Origin: Escherichia coli
GTDB lineage: Bacteria > Pseudomonadota > Gammaproteobacteria > Enterobacterales > Enterobacteriaceae
Length of the DNA: 64,000 nucleotides
Reading direction: 5' to 3' (one strand)
Assembly: GCF_024700885.2 (NCBI RefSeq)
Contig: NZ_CP117014.1
In this document: positions 26,757 to 37,108 of the stretch, piece by piece
Numbering within the stretch: the first letter of the stretch is position 1
How the letters are laid out: each line of letters starts with the position of its first letter
The notes under the pieces: model-generated
Told to the model about the DNA's origin: nothing
The model's database searches: none
The model's input: only the letters and a program-made list of their open reading frames with translations
Program-made: the position numbers and the translations under genes

Positions 26757-26920
26757 TTCTAACACTTTAATTTGTTAAATGCTGGTGGGCGAACAATAAC
26801 CAATAAGTGACTATCAAGCCCAGCAAGCGAAACGTGGGTACCGCCCACCAGCAAGGAAAATTCTATGTTAAGTTATCTTCACAATCAATACATTCGAATT
26901 GTGATTTTAGATTTCTAACA
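26757..26920. promoter_or_regulatory. Two operator-like motifs flanking an 11-bp perfect inverted repeat
   Basis: TTCTAACA at 26757-26764 and 26913-26920; GCTGGTGGGCG ... CGCCCACCAGC between them. Confidence 0.35.
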
Positions 26921-26922
26921 CA

Positions 26923-28131
26923 TTATTTCCCATAAAGATCTTCTACACCCCCATTCTTCTTATCCCATTCGTTCGCCCATACCCGGCAAGCGTCAATGAT
27001 TTCCTGACGACGATCTCCTTGCATGAACGGGATGCTTTCATGGAAACAGCTTGGAATGCAGGCCACACTGAATACAGTATCAAACTCCGTCTGCTTGATT
27101 GCCTCCAGCGTCTCCGGACGCATTTTTAATTCATCGATTGGCGCATCCTTAGAGTCCATAATCCGGCGATATAAGCGCGGAAAATCCGTCTCCAGATACG
27201 CCATAATTTTATCTGCGAGACATTCGTCTATGTCGGTATTCCAGTCCTTTTCGAAGCCCGGCAGGCGATAGTAAAGCGGCGTTCCCCATACCGATGGGAT
27301 CACATCCATCGTTAACAGGCGATTGGTTCTGATTTGTTGATGGTAATTAGCCGTCAGCAGTGCTTCGCCACGCTGCCCAGTTTCCGCAACCAGGCCGTGC
27401 GGATACTCATGGATGTAGGCAATGGCATCCCTTCCATCATACATAAGTGGAAATGTCTCTGGTCTTTGTCCCATGCCACAAGCACGGTTCAGATCGTGAC
27501 CAAGCTGTGAGCACTCTCGCTTTAATGTTTCGATAATGCTCTGCGCTGTAGCCAACTTTTTACGCAGTGTGACGCCTTCGCCTTGATAATCAATGCATTG
27601 CTGATTGAGCTTGGTTAAACGCTCTTTTAGTTCCCGGCGCTCTCTTTTCAGCGTGCGGTTATCCTTCTCCGCAACATCCAGCCGCTTTGTCAGGCTTGGC
27701 GGATAGTCTTTTTTGTAACGGTTCAAATCGGCTTCGGCAGATTTACGCAGTGTATTTGCCTGTTCAAGACGCGCTTCCAGATTGCCGATCTCATTACGCA
27801 TATTCGCGGCAAATTGATTAACTGCATCACCCAGGCTTTCAACTGTCGCTGATACGCCTGTGACTTGTGAAAAACGGATCAAGCCATCATTAACTGCTTG
27901 TTGGTATTCCTCAAACTGATCCACCAGCTTATTGTAATCAACTGCCCCATCATCAAGCAGCTTGTTGATTTCCGCCACCAGGTTATCTGTAGTGGCAATG
28001 ACACTCTCGTGCAGTCGCTTTGACAGGTCATCACCCGGATTCCGTTTCTGTATAAGAGCGATTTGTGTGCGCAGCGTTTCAATTGCTGTCGAGATAATTT
28101 CCAGATTAGAAGTATCAGTGTGTTGACTCAT
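26923..28131 (-). CDS. Hypothetical 402-aa protein: N-terminal coiled coil plus unrecognised C-terminal domain
   Basis: ORF with operator-like motif (28162-28169) in its promoter; no motif I can assign to a known family. Confidence 0.5.
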   Translation of the reverse strand: MSQHTDTSNLEIISTAIETLRTQIALIQKRNPGDDLSKRLHESVIATTDNLVAEINKLLDDGAVDYNKLVDQFEEYQQAVNDGLIRFSQVTGVSATVESLGDAVNQFAANMRNEIGNLEARLEQANTLRKSAEADLNRYKKDYPPSLTKRLDVAEKDNRTLKRERRELKERLTKLNQQCIDYQGEGVTLRKKLATAQSIIETLKRECSQLGHDLNRACGMGQRPETFPLMYDGRDAIAYIHEYPHGLVAETGQRGEALLTANYHQQIRTNRLLTMDVIPSVWGTPLYYRLPGFEKDWNTDIDECLADKIMAYLETDFPRLYRRIMDSKDAPIDELKMRPETLEAIKQTEFDTVFSVACIPSCFHESIPFMQGDRRQEIIDACRVWANEWDKKNGGVEDLYGK

Positions 28132-28212
28132 TGCTATTCCCGTTACTTTGTTAAATTATTTTTCTAACATATTTTATTAGTTTGATGACAGTATCGAAAG
28201 ATGCAATAAACA

Positions 28213-28238
28213 AAAAACCCGCTAATTGGCGGGTTTTT
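28213..28238. terminator. Rho-independent terminator separating the 104-aa gene from the 402-aa gene
   Basis: AAAAACCCGC-taattg-GCGGGTTTTT. Confidence 0.6.
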
Positions 28239-28244
28239 ATGCAA

Positions 28245-28559
28245 TTACTGTGTTGCAGCCTGATAAATAAGATACGCGATAAATACAGGTACGATGGCCC
28301 ATTGCAGCAATGAAAGTAGCCTCATTACTGTTATTGGGGTAACTCCATCCACGTATTGTTTCTCTGACATTTTCCCGAACCAACTAACCGACAACAGTGC
28401 CGAGTTTTCCCCCAATTCCAGCTCTCTGAGAGCTTCACGGATTAACGGCGCTGTCACAGCCTTAACCGGTGTGCTCAACGTGATACTCCGCGTCCTCCCC
28501 GCATCGTCAGCGAACGCCAGACTCACATAATATTTTTTGCTCAATGTACAAACTCCCAA
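28245..28559 (-). CDS. Small protein with C-terminal transmembrane helix
   Basis: C-terminal LLSLLQWAIVPVFIAYLIY; start uncertain, may be the shorter MSEKQYV form. Confidence 0.35.
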   Translation of the reverse strand: MGVCTLSKKYYVSLAFADDAGRTRSITLSTPVKAVTAPLIREALRELELGENSALLSVSWFGKMSEKQYVDGVTPITVMRLLSLLQWAIVPVFIAYLIYQAATQ

Positions 28560-28741
28560 TCATCAGCGCTTGCACTTTCCGGGGTTATGTGAACCTTATC
28601 GCCAGTAACAATATTGCGAGCTTCAAAACTTCCATTGATACGTTTCGAGATCTCAATACATAGAGCCTGCTGCCATGAGCGACGACGAGCGATAGCATTA
28701 GTTCCTGCAGGGATAAGTTCTGCCACGTTAAGTAACCGCAA
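28541..28741 (-). CDS. Hypothetical 66-aa protein
   Basis: ORF immediately downstream of the VRR-NUC gene; short overlap with the next ORF. Confidence 0.3.
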   Translation of the reverse strand: MRLLNVAELIPAGTNAIARRRSWQQALCIEISKRINGSFEARNIVTGDKVHITPESASADDWEFVH

Positions 28742-28755
28742 AACGATTTCTCCGT

Positions 28756-29250
28756 TTAATCAAGACAAACATACTCCGTGATAGCTTTTATGGCTTCAGC
28801 GGCACTGCGCGCCTCAAAGCAGTAGTAACCGGCTTCTGTGAGGCGAGTCATCCAGACGAGTTGTTCGGGAGTCAGGCGATTTCTCCCATGTTTCATCTCA
28901 ATGCGCATTCCGTGGTATCCCCCACAAGCAAGGTCTATAGAAAGATCGGGATATCCCTTCTTTTGGCCCTCTGCCACCATTTTTATTGCCGTCCTTATGC
29001 CTCGCAGGCCACCGTTTGGAGTGGCGTGAGTATGCTCATACACATAACGCATATTGCGATACATCCAGTCCAGGACGCGAACCTGCTCGTAATGCTCATG
29101 GTTCCTTTTGATTAGATCTGGGTTTTTCTCCAGTTCTCTAAGAGCTGCGGCATGTGGGGATGTTTCAGAATATTCACTGCGACGCCTTCTCTTTCGCGCT
29201 ATTTTTCTAACACACCCATTGATAGTAAATATGCGAAATAATAACAACAA
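28756..29250 (-). CDS. VRR-NUC domain nuclease (PD-(D/E)xK fold); true start probably internal
   Basis: GYPDLSIDLACGGYHGMRIEMKHG...LTPEQLVWMTRLTEAG fits the VRR-NUC pattern; operator-like motif at 29205-29212 lies inside the longest ORF, so the real start is likely Met63/Met67 (about 29064). Confidence 0.55.
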   Translation of the reverse strand: MLLLFRIFTINGCVRKIARKRRRRSEYSETSPHAAALRELEKNPDLIKRNHEHYEQVRVLDWMYRNMRYVYEHTHATPNGGLRGIRTAIKMVAEGQKKGYPDLSIDLACGGYHGMRIEMKHGRNRLTPEQLVWMTRLTEAGYYCFEARSAAEAIKAITEYVCLD

Positions 29251-29386
29251 CGTTAGATTTGTAAAACAAGAGAGATACTACTCAAGGATGGTCTATATGC
29301 AACAGGTCGGATTTGCTTTTAGAGTAAAGAGTGACCTTAATCAACAAGGAGGGTAAATCGCATGGCATTTACCCAACCTGTTATTT

Positions 29387-29647
29387 TTAAAGGGTTATTT
29401 TATCCTGTTCGGATAATTCTTTGATTGTCTTGTCGATTGCGATCAACCAACCTTCATAGGTTAAATCATCAACAAGTTCTACCAACTTATCATCGGTGTG
29501 AGGAAAGTATATCCAGCTCCAGTTCGCAGGGTTTTCTGCTTTTCGCAGCGTAAAAACCTTCTTGTATCGGTGGAACTCAAGGATATACCCCTTCGATATG
29601 GAATATTCCTTTAGGTCTTCGACCGTAAACCTACGATTCTTTCGCAT
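29387..29647 (-). CDS. Small protein, positional analog of P1 Lxc/Bof
   Basis: 86 aa, directly downstream of the ulx-like and darB-like genes as in P1; no sequence match verified. Confidence 0.35.
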   Translation of the reverse strand: MRKNRRFTVEDLKEYSISKGYILEFHRYKKVFTLRKAENPANWSWIYFPHTDDKLVELVDDLTYEGWLIAIDKTIKELSEQDKITL

Positions 29648-29649
29648 GG

Positions 29650-30084
29650 CTACCCCATAATTCGATATTTCTCTATAGACTCGTCGTAACTTGTGTACAC
29701 GTATGGCTCTGTATCATCGGCATAAGGTGCGACTTCCAGAGCATGAACAGGATTGTATACCGCGTCATTTTCCAGGCGATCGCTCGAATACAGATGCCCA
29801 GCCAAAACCGTAAGCGCCGGGCGACTCATTTTGTAGATCTCTGCCACATCACTATCTACAACTTGTCCAAATGATATGTCGCCGCGCTCCAGCAATAACG
29901 TTTTAAGCGCAGGCCACCACGGCCCATAAAGGTGATAAAGCTGTGGATCTCGTTTCAGCCTTTCCACCATGCCATTCAGATATGCATCCAGAAACGCCTC
30001 TTCACTCCTGCCATTGAGCGCCTGCGGCAAAATGTCCTCAAGGTAGGATTCCGTCGGTTTTACAGTGTCAATTAATGTCGTCAT
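29650..30084 (-). CDS. Hypothetical 144-aa protein, positional analog of P1 Ulx
   Basis: Immediately downstream of darB-like gene. Confidence 0.3.
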   Translation of the reverse strand: MTTLIDTVKPTESYLEDILPQALNGRSEEAFLDAYLNGMVERLKRDPQLYHLYGPWWPALKTLLLERGDISFGQVVDSDVAEIYKMSRPALTVLAGHLYSSDRLENDAVYNPVHALEVAPYADDTEPYVYTSYDESIEKYRIMG

Positions 30085-30120
30085 TCAAATTCGGCCCCAG
30101 TTGGGGCCGCTCCTTATCTG

Positions 30121-33100
30121 TTAGGCCGCATCGGCGATTATTTTACGCAGTTCATCTACCGAGTAACGCGTAGATACCATCCATGCAGGACGGTCAAAGT
30201 TCACATCAGCAACCGGGTTTGCTTCAAAATTCCAGAAACGTCCGCCAATCTTCTTAATCGCGTCTTTGGCGTTCCGTATTGTCGAGGAACCTGGTTGGTC
30301 GGCAATGAGATAAACCGCGCCAACGTCCTCGCTGACGCTCCACCAGCGCCCGCGAACACGCGCCTTAGCGCGAATCGGCTTATCATTAACCACAATGATA
30401 TAGTCATCATTCGCCGCTTCATCAGCTCTGGCTTCAGCCACTGCCGCCTGCTCTTCTCTTTTGCTTTCAGCCTGCTCAAGCCTTTCCGCGATCTCTGATT
30501 CAGTGGCCCCGCCGTTTTTCAGCGATACATAGTCCTGCCACGTTGCCGATTTGAGCGTATCCGGCAACTCATTCACATAGTCGCCGTCTTTCAACTCACG
30601 GGCGCGGCGGGTAGCCATTTCTACCAGGCGATTAACAGAAACAGCATCAGCAAAATCGTCCTTACTAATGTGTTTTTCATCAAATGCATTGATGACAGCC
30701 CCCACCTTAATCCACTGTGCTGCCGGTGATTCCAGGGGGTTATCAGCCTGAACAATGGCGAGTTTCGCTCCATCTACCCCATTATTCGCCAGCTGTTCCA
30801 ATGCCGCCCATCCATCTGCATCACTGAGTGATTTATATTGCTCAAACAATGCATCGCGCCAGGCCACCAGCGCAGAACGTGTTTTTTCGATCTTCGCCTT
30901 AATTTTCGCGATCTTGACCTGATTAAACATCCGTTCAATATCATCGATATTGCTAAAGGCTTTCATCCTGCCCTGGAATAAACGGTATGCCAGCACGGTC
31001 CTCCAGAATGATTCCAGACCTTCTCCGGACGGTTTGCGGAACAAGCTAAGAATATCTTCAGAAGTGACTTTATTAAGCGAACGACCTGACAGACCACGCC
31101 CAGCCATCCAGTTTTCGAACTCATGGGCAACATCATCCATCGTTGCCTGTGCGCCCCATGCCTGCATTCCCTGGGTGTAATCATACCCATACAATGCCTG
31201 GAGGAATCCCTCGCCGTCCACGATATTCAGCGGGTTATCACTGGCTTGTATTTTTGCCACTTCACGCTTCAGCGCCTCGTCGTTGCCATCAGGATATATC
31301 CATCGCTCAGGTGCTATATCCGATGCTCGCCCGATTTTTTGGCCTATCACGCCATCATAGGCCGATGACAGCGCGATCTGACCATCATCTGTGCGATATG
31401 CCCAGTATTTAATAGCTGACCCACCGCCCCATGCATTACCAGGTTTACCAGCAATAACATTCATTACCCCATTGCGAATAGCATCATAGAACTGATCGCG
31501 AGTAAGTATTGTTGATAGCTGGTGGCACTGAACACCACGCGCAGCCGTTGCGCGCGATTCAGCTACCCCCTCTTCAAAAGTTACCGCTTCAATCACAGAG
31601 TCAAACGGCAATGTAACGATTGACCCCGGTGCTCGAGCGTAACGACTTGCTCTATCCAGCCAGGCGATACGGCAGAGGTATTGTGCTTTTTCACCGTCAA
31701 TTTTTTCCACCCGGACAATCGCTGTTGTTTCGCGATCATCAATGACTGCACGGTAATAACTACCTTTATGCAACAGGATATTCTTGTCAGTGCGCATATA
31801 TTCCTGTGGGTTCTGAATAACATCGATACTGATATCCAGCACACCAGACTTAATAGCGCGCTCCACCTCACCACGAGAGCGTTTCATTATGGTATCCGCG
31901 TCTTTTGCCCTGGTGATCGCAAACCGCAGCACCCGCGCACGTTTTCTGTAGCTACTCAACTGCTCAAGCGCGTATTTTTGCCCATTCCTGTTCGTACCCG
32001 CTTTTATCAGGTCGTCAAGATTGCGCTGGTAATACTCTATCTGTTCCATCGCGCTTTTCAGTTCTGTCTCCATCATGCCGATATCTTTTCCGGCGGCGTT
32101 TGCCGCTTTCAGGTAGATATCGAGAGCATTGTTGGCCTCGCGCTGTGCTTTCAGTTTCAGACGTTCTTCACGCTCTTGCGCCTGGCGAGCCATGATTGCG
32201 CGGCGTTCTTCCGGGTTTGCCGCCAGCATAATGGCGCGTTCATCAGCATCATCCGCATCACCATTGGCGATCTCTGACATGTCGGATGTCATCACCATCT
32301 TGATCCAGTCTTTCTTACGTTTCAGCGTATCCAGACGGAAGTCGTCGAATGTGCCTTTGCCACAATAGTAGTGAACATTGACCTTTTCTTGCGGTGAACC
32401 TACGCGCGCACCGCGCCCATTTCGTTGGTCGATACTGGCTGGTGTCCAGGGTAGTGTCAGGTGGTGGATATCGGTTGTCCCGATGTGCAGGTTAATACCT
32501 ACTTCAGCCTTCTTGTTACAGATTATGATGCGCGTGCGACCTTCGTTATAGTCGGCGGCAATACCTTCCATGCCCTCAAGGCCAGCATCATTTTTAGCGG
32601 AGAGATAATCCTCATATTGGGCAAGTTTGCTGTAGTAGGTTTCCCATGCCCCTTCTTTGTATTCACCGTTTTTGTTTGGAGTAGGTTCGGTCGGCTTATT
32701 CACCTTCTTCAGCTTGATGCCACCAGCCTGGCTAACTGTCGTCGCATTGATAATGCCAATCTCCTGCTCCGGCATTTGCAGTGCACTGGCGATAATACGG
32801 CGCAGCTTCTGGTGCTGGGCTTTTTCATCAATAAAGACGATCTGCTTACCGTTCTTCAGACCTTCACGAAGATTTTCGATCAGCGCGGCATACTTCGGCG
32901 GGATGGGGTGCGACACCTGCTGCATATCAATGCCGGCAGCCGCAATGGCCTTCAGTATTTCAGCTTCCAGTTCAATGCTGGCACGTATTTCAACATGCGT
33001 CGGATGTTCACTAAAAGCGGTCTTCACTACCTTGCTGGTACGCGTACTGACCAGCCCGCCAGCGCCGTCTTCCTCGGCCTCATCAACATCATCTGCCACT

Positions 33101-36100
33101 TTACCGCCAGCTACTTTTGGCAAGGCATCAGCAATAGCTTTTACCTGGTCTGCAAGCTCAACGGGGAACTGGAATGTAATCGCACTGGCATACAGATCCG
33201 GGTCTATAGCAACCTTATCCATGTCACGGATGATGGAGAAGATGAAATCATCCGGTTTGTCGTTAGTGATATGCCCGTTTTCATCGACTGTCAGCTCATC
33301 ATTGCGACTTAACTCCTGAGCACGCTTACGAAGCTCTTCATAAGCAGTCTCCTGCTCCCCTGTCATCGGGATCTGCAAGGTGTTCTCGATGATGTCGGGA
33401 ATTTTAACCGTCGCTCCGACATCTGCAGCAGTCTTCAGAGTGGTCCAACGATGGAAAATACCACGCAGGCCGTCAAGGTTCTGGAAGCCCACCAGCCCCT
33501 GCTTCTCTTCCACTTCCCCGGAAATTTTCTGGACCTGAACTGTGGCTGTTTTGCCAAACACACGAACGAAATCATCAGGCGTAATGATGCCCATGCGCAT
33601 CCACTCTTCCTGCGGAATGACAGTAGACAGCATGTTGAAGGCATCAATCGGACTGTTCACCAGCGGTGTTGCCGTCAGCATGACTACACCACGCCCGTTG
33701 TTGCGTTTCATCATGTACGCAGCTTTTACAGCCATGTCGCGGGCCATCTTGGATACTGCCGGGTTAGGCAAATATGCCAGTTGTCCCGCTTCACGCCCGG
33801 CATTAAAGGAGTTGCGGTAGTTATGCCCCTCGTCGGCAATCACGCTATCGAAGTTCATATCCTCAAAGTACGGGATATTCTGCTTCTTCGTTGTACCGGT
33901 ATTCGCGGCCTGATCCTTAATCTTGTTCTTCTTCTGCGCATCACGGTGTTTACCGGACGCCAGGTCAAGACGCCCCATTTCCACAGCATTAAAGACAGCT
34001 TGCTGTGAGTTCTCCTCGATGGTTTTTTCTCGTAGCGGGATAGACGCGAATTGTTCTTTTGTCATGATGACCGTTCGCCAATTTGACGACGGGATCATGT
34101 TCATGCGCTGAACGATAACGGCGCTGGCGGACTCTTTCACAACATTTCTGGTAAGAGGCTGCCCGTTACTGTCGAGGCGTGGTTCGCCATTTTCATCAAG
34201 CACCGGCGCGGTCAGAATATTTCCGCTGTCATCACGAACTTCATCCAAACCGATAAACATCATATTGGCGAAGGCATCAGCACTGTAGAAACTCTGTGCC
34301 TCGTGATACCAGTTCTGATAAACCGCCTTCGGAACAACAATACACGTGCGTTTAGTGCGACCTGTTTCGAAGTTATACGCCTCAAGCGCAAGCGCGGTCG
34401 TGGTTTTACCCAGCCCGGTACCAAATCCCATGATGCCGCGCCCATCTTCTGACAAGCTACGAACTTCTTCATTCTGATAAGTCAGAGGAATGCGCTTTCC
34501 ACTAATCCCTTCCAGGCCAAGCGGTGCGTTAGAGTGCGTGAACGGAATGAAGCCATTGAATGCGTCGTTATAGTCACGGGCTATCTGATCCGCCTGCGGG
34601 TGGGTGCGTAACCAGTCGTTAAAGCTAACTTCCAGTTGAGCAATTTTATCCAAGTACTCGTTAGCGTTCTGCCCACGCGGTTTAACACCGTTCAGGTAGT
34701 TTTCTAACTGGTTCAGGAAGCCGTCTTTATTGTTGGCCTTCTTGAACTCATTCCCGTTTTTGCCGTTTACGGTTCGTAGTTGATAGCCGGTAAATACCCC
34801 GTCCTTACCTTCGTAATCGTCCGGAGATACCAGAATGCCATCGACGACCTTCAGATCAGGTTCAGTGTACTTAAACTCGTCATAGCCCTGCTCTGCCAGG
34901 AACTCTTTTATCAAGCGGCGATCCAGCCAGCGGGCATTCAGATTAACGGTGACTTTATTTAGTGGCGTGAAAATGCGTTTCTCTTCGATTTTCGCCAACT
35001 GACGCTCAAAGTTCGCTTTCTGCTCACCTGTTGACGCATCACGCCAGCCCACCAGCAGTGCTGTTTTGGTTGCAACATCGCCGCTGGTGGCGCGGTCCAT
35101 CGGCAGCAGACAGCCATACCCATCAATAGCGATATCATCAAATTTCGCCAGGTATTCAAGGACCGCGTCGTCGTCCTCTGGCAGTTCACCAGCAAACGCC
35201 TCACGAAAGTCGCCCAGCGTTATAGGATTAAGGGCTACATCACTAAAAAGATGTGCTATCACTTGTTCAGGACGCGTAAAGTCAATACCGGCAGCACCAT
35301 CCGTTACATCAAGTCGCCCTGCCAGAAGGTCAGAAGTGGAACCATCCTGTTTCACATTGCCAGTGAACGTCATCCAGTTTTTAGCGCCAGCTTCAGCAAG
35401 CCCATTCAGCTTAATCGCGTGCGGTGGTCCATACTTCGCAACTTCTGCTGCCGCCAGGCGGGATGCATCTGCCAGTTTGTCATCAACGTTCACCCCCAGG
35501 TTACGCAAATCAAGTGCCTTGTTGATCAACTGACCTATCAGTGCACCGCGCATAACGCGCTCCCTGTCTTTTTCTCGCTGCTTGCCAGCAAAGCGAATCA
35601 TTGCTGCCACTTCATCACTGACAACCGATGGATAGTCGGACGCGATCGCCGATATCTGGTCCCATGACAAAGCCAGAATCCCGTTTGTTGACTGGAACGC
35701 GATCTGCAGATCGCCAAACGTCGAAACACCATATCGACTTACATCAAGCGCGGAGGATTTGGTTGTCGTGTCCTTAACCCATTTCAGACCATCAAACTCA
35801 TGCCAGATACCGCCTACAAGGCGTTTATCGCCCACTTTCGCGCCCTGCCATGCCTGAGTAGTTACGCCGAGCAAATCCCAATTGATGCGACTATCAAAGC
35901 GACGAGATAGCGCGGTTTTCATCGACTCATTGGATACACGACCGTCTTTTTTCACCACCAGGGTATTGCGGAAGCTGGTACGTTCCATGTCGCCGTAAAC
36001 AAATCGCTTCCCTTCGGTTGTAAACCATTTCCCTTTGAGGAAGGTATCCCAAAGGACGTTTGCCGATTTGAGCGTCGAATCATCCGTATCGGGGATCATC

Positions 36101-36957
36101 ACCAGGAAGGCTTCCGGGTGTTTACGCAATACCCATACGTCCACCACGGTATCTGTACCTGATTCACTGAACGTACCGGAAGGCATACGATGCGCGCCCA
36201 AAAATTCCGCTTTACGGCTGACTTTATCGCGCAATTTTTTGTATTTCGTACCATCAGTCATGCCATTCGGCACCACCAATACGATAAGCCCACCAGGTTT
36301 AACCTTGTCGATCGTGCGCAGCACAAAGTAATTGCCAACGTTCTTCTCGTTTGCATATGCCGGATCAAGCCCTGCAACGCCGGAACGGCCTTCGCCAAAC
36401 GGTACGTTACCAACAGCGTGGTCATACATTGCGTCTTTCGCCGCCAGCGCCTCAAACGCCCCGATATTCACATCGTCTTCCGGGTGCAAAAGCTGGTTTA
36501 TTCGACCGGAAATCGGAGACAGCTCGGCGCTGGTCATTATCATTCCCTGCCGTTTTGTCTCCTGGAAAATACCCGTGCCAGCTGATGGTTCCAGTACGTG
36601 ACCGCCATCAATACCGTAGTCAGCAAACAGCTCCCATATACCTTCAGCCATAAACTGTGGCGTGTAGTATTCGTATTGGCTGCCCTCACCATCTGTCAGG
36701 CCGCCTTCACCGGTATACCCAGCAAGAATCTGACGTTGTTCGTCAGTTAATTTCGCCCCATCGAAGCCGGGCGGAAGGGAATTAAGAAGATTTACTGCGG
36801 CATTGTTTGCTGCCCGGCGTGTTTTCTGAATACTGACGCCATCGGCTTTCCTGACGCCAAAGGTCGCAACAGCACGTAATTTATGCAACCGACTAACAAT
36901 TTCAATCAGTTCGCCTAAGCTGGAGGCTTCACTGATTGAATGAAGTAGTTTGTCCAA
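30121..36957 (-). CDS. darB: DarB-like virion anti-restriction protein (N6-adenine methyltransferase plus helicase)
   Basis: 2278 aa (P1 DarB about 2255 aa as recalled); methyltransferase motifs LEPSAGTGIF and NVPFG; helicase Walker A GFGTGLGKTT and VIADEGHNYRN. Confidence 0.75.
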   Translation of the reverse strand: MDKLLHSISEASSLGELIEIVSRLHKLRAVATFGVRKADGVSIQKTRRAANNAAVNLLNSLPPGFDGAKLTDEQRQILAGYTGEGGLTDGEGSQYEYYTPQFMAEGIWELFADYGIDGGHVLEPSAGTGIFQETKRQGMIMTSAELSPISGRINQLLHPEDDVNIGAFEALAAKDAMYDHAVGNVPFGEGRSGVAGLDPAYANEKNVGNYFVLRTIDKVKPGGLIVLVVPNGMTDGTKYKKLRDKVSRKAEFLGAHRMPSGTFSESGTDTVVDVWVLRKHPEAFLVMIPDTDDSTLKSANVLWDTFLKGKWFTTEGKRFVYGDMERTSFRNTLVVKKDGRVSNESMKTALSRRFDSRINWDLLGVTTQAWQGAKVGDKRLVGGIWHEFDGLKWVKDTTTKSSALDVSRYGVSTFGDLQIAFQSTNGILALSWDQISAIASDYPSVVSDEVAAMIRFAGKQREKDRERVMRGALIGQLINKALDLRNLGVNVDDKLADASRLAAAEVAKYGPPHAIKLNGLAEAGAKNWMTFTGNVKQDGSTSDLLAGRLDVTDGAAGIDFTRPEQVIAHLFSDVALNPITLGDFREAFAGELPEDDDAVLEYLAKFDDIAIDGYGCLLPMDRATSGDVATKTALLVGWRDASTGEQKANFERQLAKIEEKRIFTPLNKVTVNLNARWLDRRLIKEFLAEQGYDEFKYTEPDLKVVDGILVSPDDYEGKDGVFTGYQLRTVNGKNGNEFKKANNKDGFLNQLENYLNGVKPRGQNANEYLDKIAQLEVSFNDWLRTHPQADQIARDYNDAFNGFIPFTHSNAPLGLEGISGKRIPLTYQNEEVRSLSEDGRGIMGFGTGLGKTTTALALEAYNFETGRTKRTCIVVPKAVYQNWYHEAQSFYSADAFANMMFIGLDEVRDDSGNILTAPVLDENGEPRLDSNGQPLTRNVVKESASAVIVQRMNMIPSSNWRTVIMTKEQFASIPLREKTIEENSQQAVFNAVEMGRLDLASGKHRDAQKKNKIKDQAANTGTTKKQNIPYFEDMNFDSVIADEGHNYRNSFNAGREAGQLAYLPNPAVSKMARDMAVKAAYMMKRNNGRGVVMLTATPLVNSPIDAFNMLSTVIPQEEWMRMGIITPDDFVRVFGKTATVQVQKISGEVEEKQGLVGFQNLDGLRGIFHRWTTLKTAADVGATVKIPDIIENTLQIPMTGEQETAYEELRKRAQELSRNDELTVDENGHITNDKPDDFIFSIIRDMDKVAIDPDLYASAITFQFPVELADQVKAIADALPKVAGGKVADDVDEAEEDGAGGLVSTRTSKVVKTAFSEHPTHVEIRASIELEAEILKAIAAAGIDMQQVSHPIPPKYAALIENLREGLKNGKQIVFIDEKAQHQKLRRIIASALQMPEQEIGIINATTVSQAGGIKLKKVNKPTEPTPNKNGEYKEGAWETYYSKLAQYEDYLSAKNDAGLEGMEGIAADYNEGRTRIIICNKKAEVGINLHIGTTDIHHLTLPWTPASIDQRNGRGARVGSPQEKVNVHYYCGKGTFDDFRLDTLKRKKDWIKMVMTSDMSEIANGDADDADERAIMLAANPEERRAIMARQAQEREERLKLKAQREANNALDIYLKAANAAGKDIGMMETELKSAMEQIEYYQRNLDDLIKAGTNRNGQKYALEQLSSYRKRARVLRFAITRAKDADTIMKRSRGEVERAIKSGVLDISIDVIQNPQEYMRTDKNILLHKGSYYRAVIDDRETTAIVRVEKIDGEKAQYLCRIAWLDRASRYARAPGSIVTLPFDSVIEAVTFEEGVAESRATAARGVQCHQLSTILTRDQFYDAIRNGVMNVIAGKPGNAWGGGSAIKYWAYRTDDGQIALSSAYDGVIGQKIGRASDIAPERWIYPDGNDEALKREVAKIQASDNPLNIVDGEGFLQALYGYDYTQGMQAWGAQATMDDVAHEFENWMAGRGLSGRSLNKVTSEDILSLFRKPSGEGLESFWRTVLAYRLFQGRMKAFSNIDDIERMFNQVKIAKIKAKIEKTRSALVAWRDALFEQYKSLSDADGWAALEQLANNGVDGAKLAIVQADNPLESPAAQWIKVGAVINAFDEKHISKDDFADAVSVNRLVEMATRRARELKDGDYVNELPDTLKSATWQDYVSLKNGGATESEIAERLEQAESKREEQAAVAEARADEAANDDYIIVVNDKPIRAKARVRGRWWSVSEDVGAVYLIADQPGSSTIRNAKDAIKKIGGRFWNFEANPVADVNFDRPAWMVSTRYSVDELRKIIADAA

Positions 36958-37108
36958 AGGATTTCCCCCTCTAAACCGTAAAAAATTCCGCTATGCGGTA
37001 CGGTTGAGAGGGTATGGAGAATGTTATTTTCAGGGGGACGATACTACCGTCAAAATCACATACTCCCCATAGTTTGCCTACTTATTAACCCATGACCGGG
37101 AGAAAAAT

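Noticed and set aside
32461-33319. Long plus-strand ORFs (283 aa and 220 aa) inside the darB-like gene
   Set aside because: Antisense to a 2278-aa gene with clear methyltransferase and helicase motifs; low-complexity translations; no RBS context.
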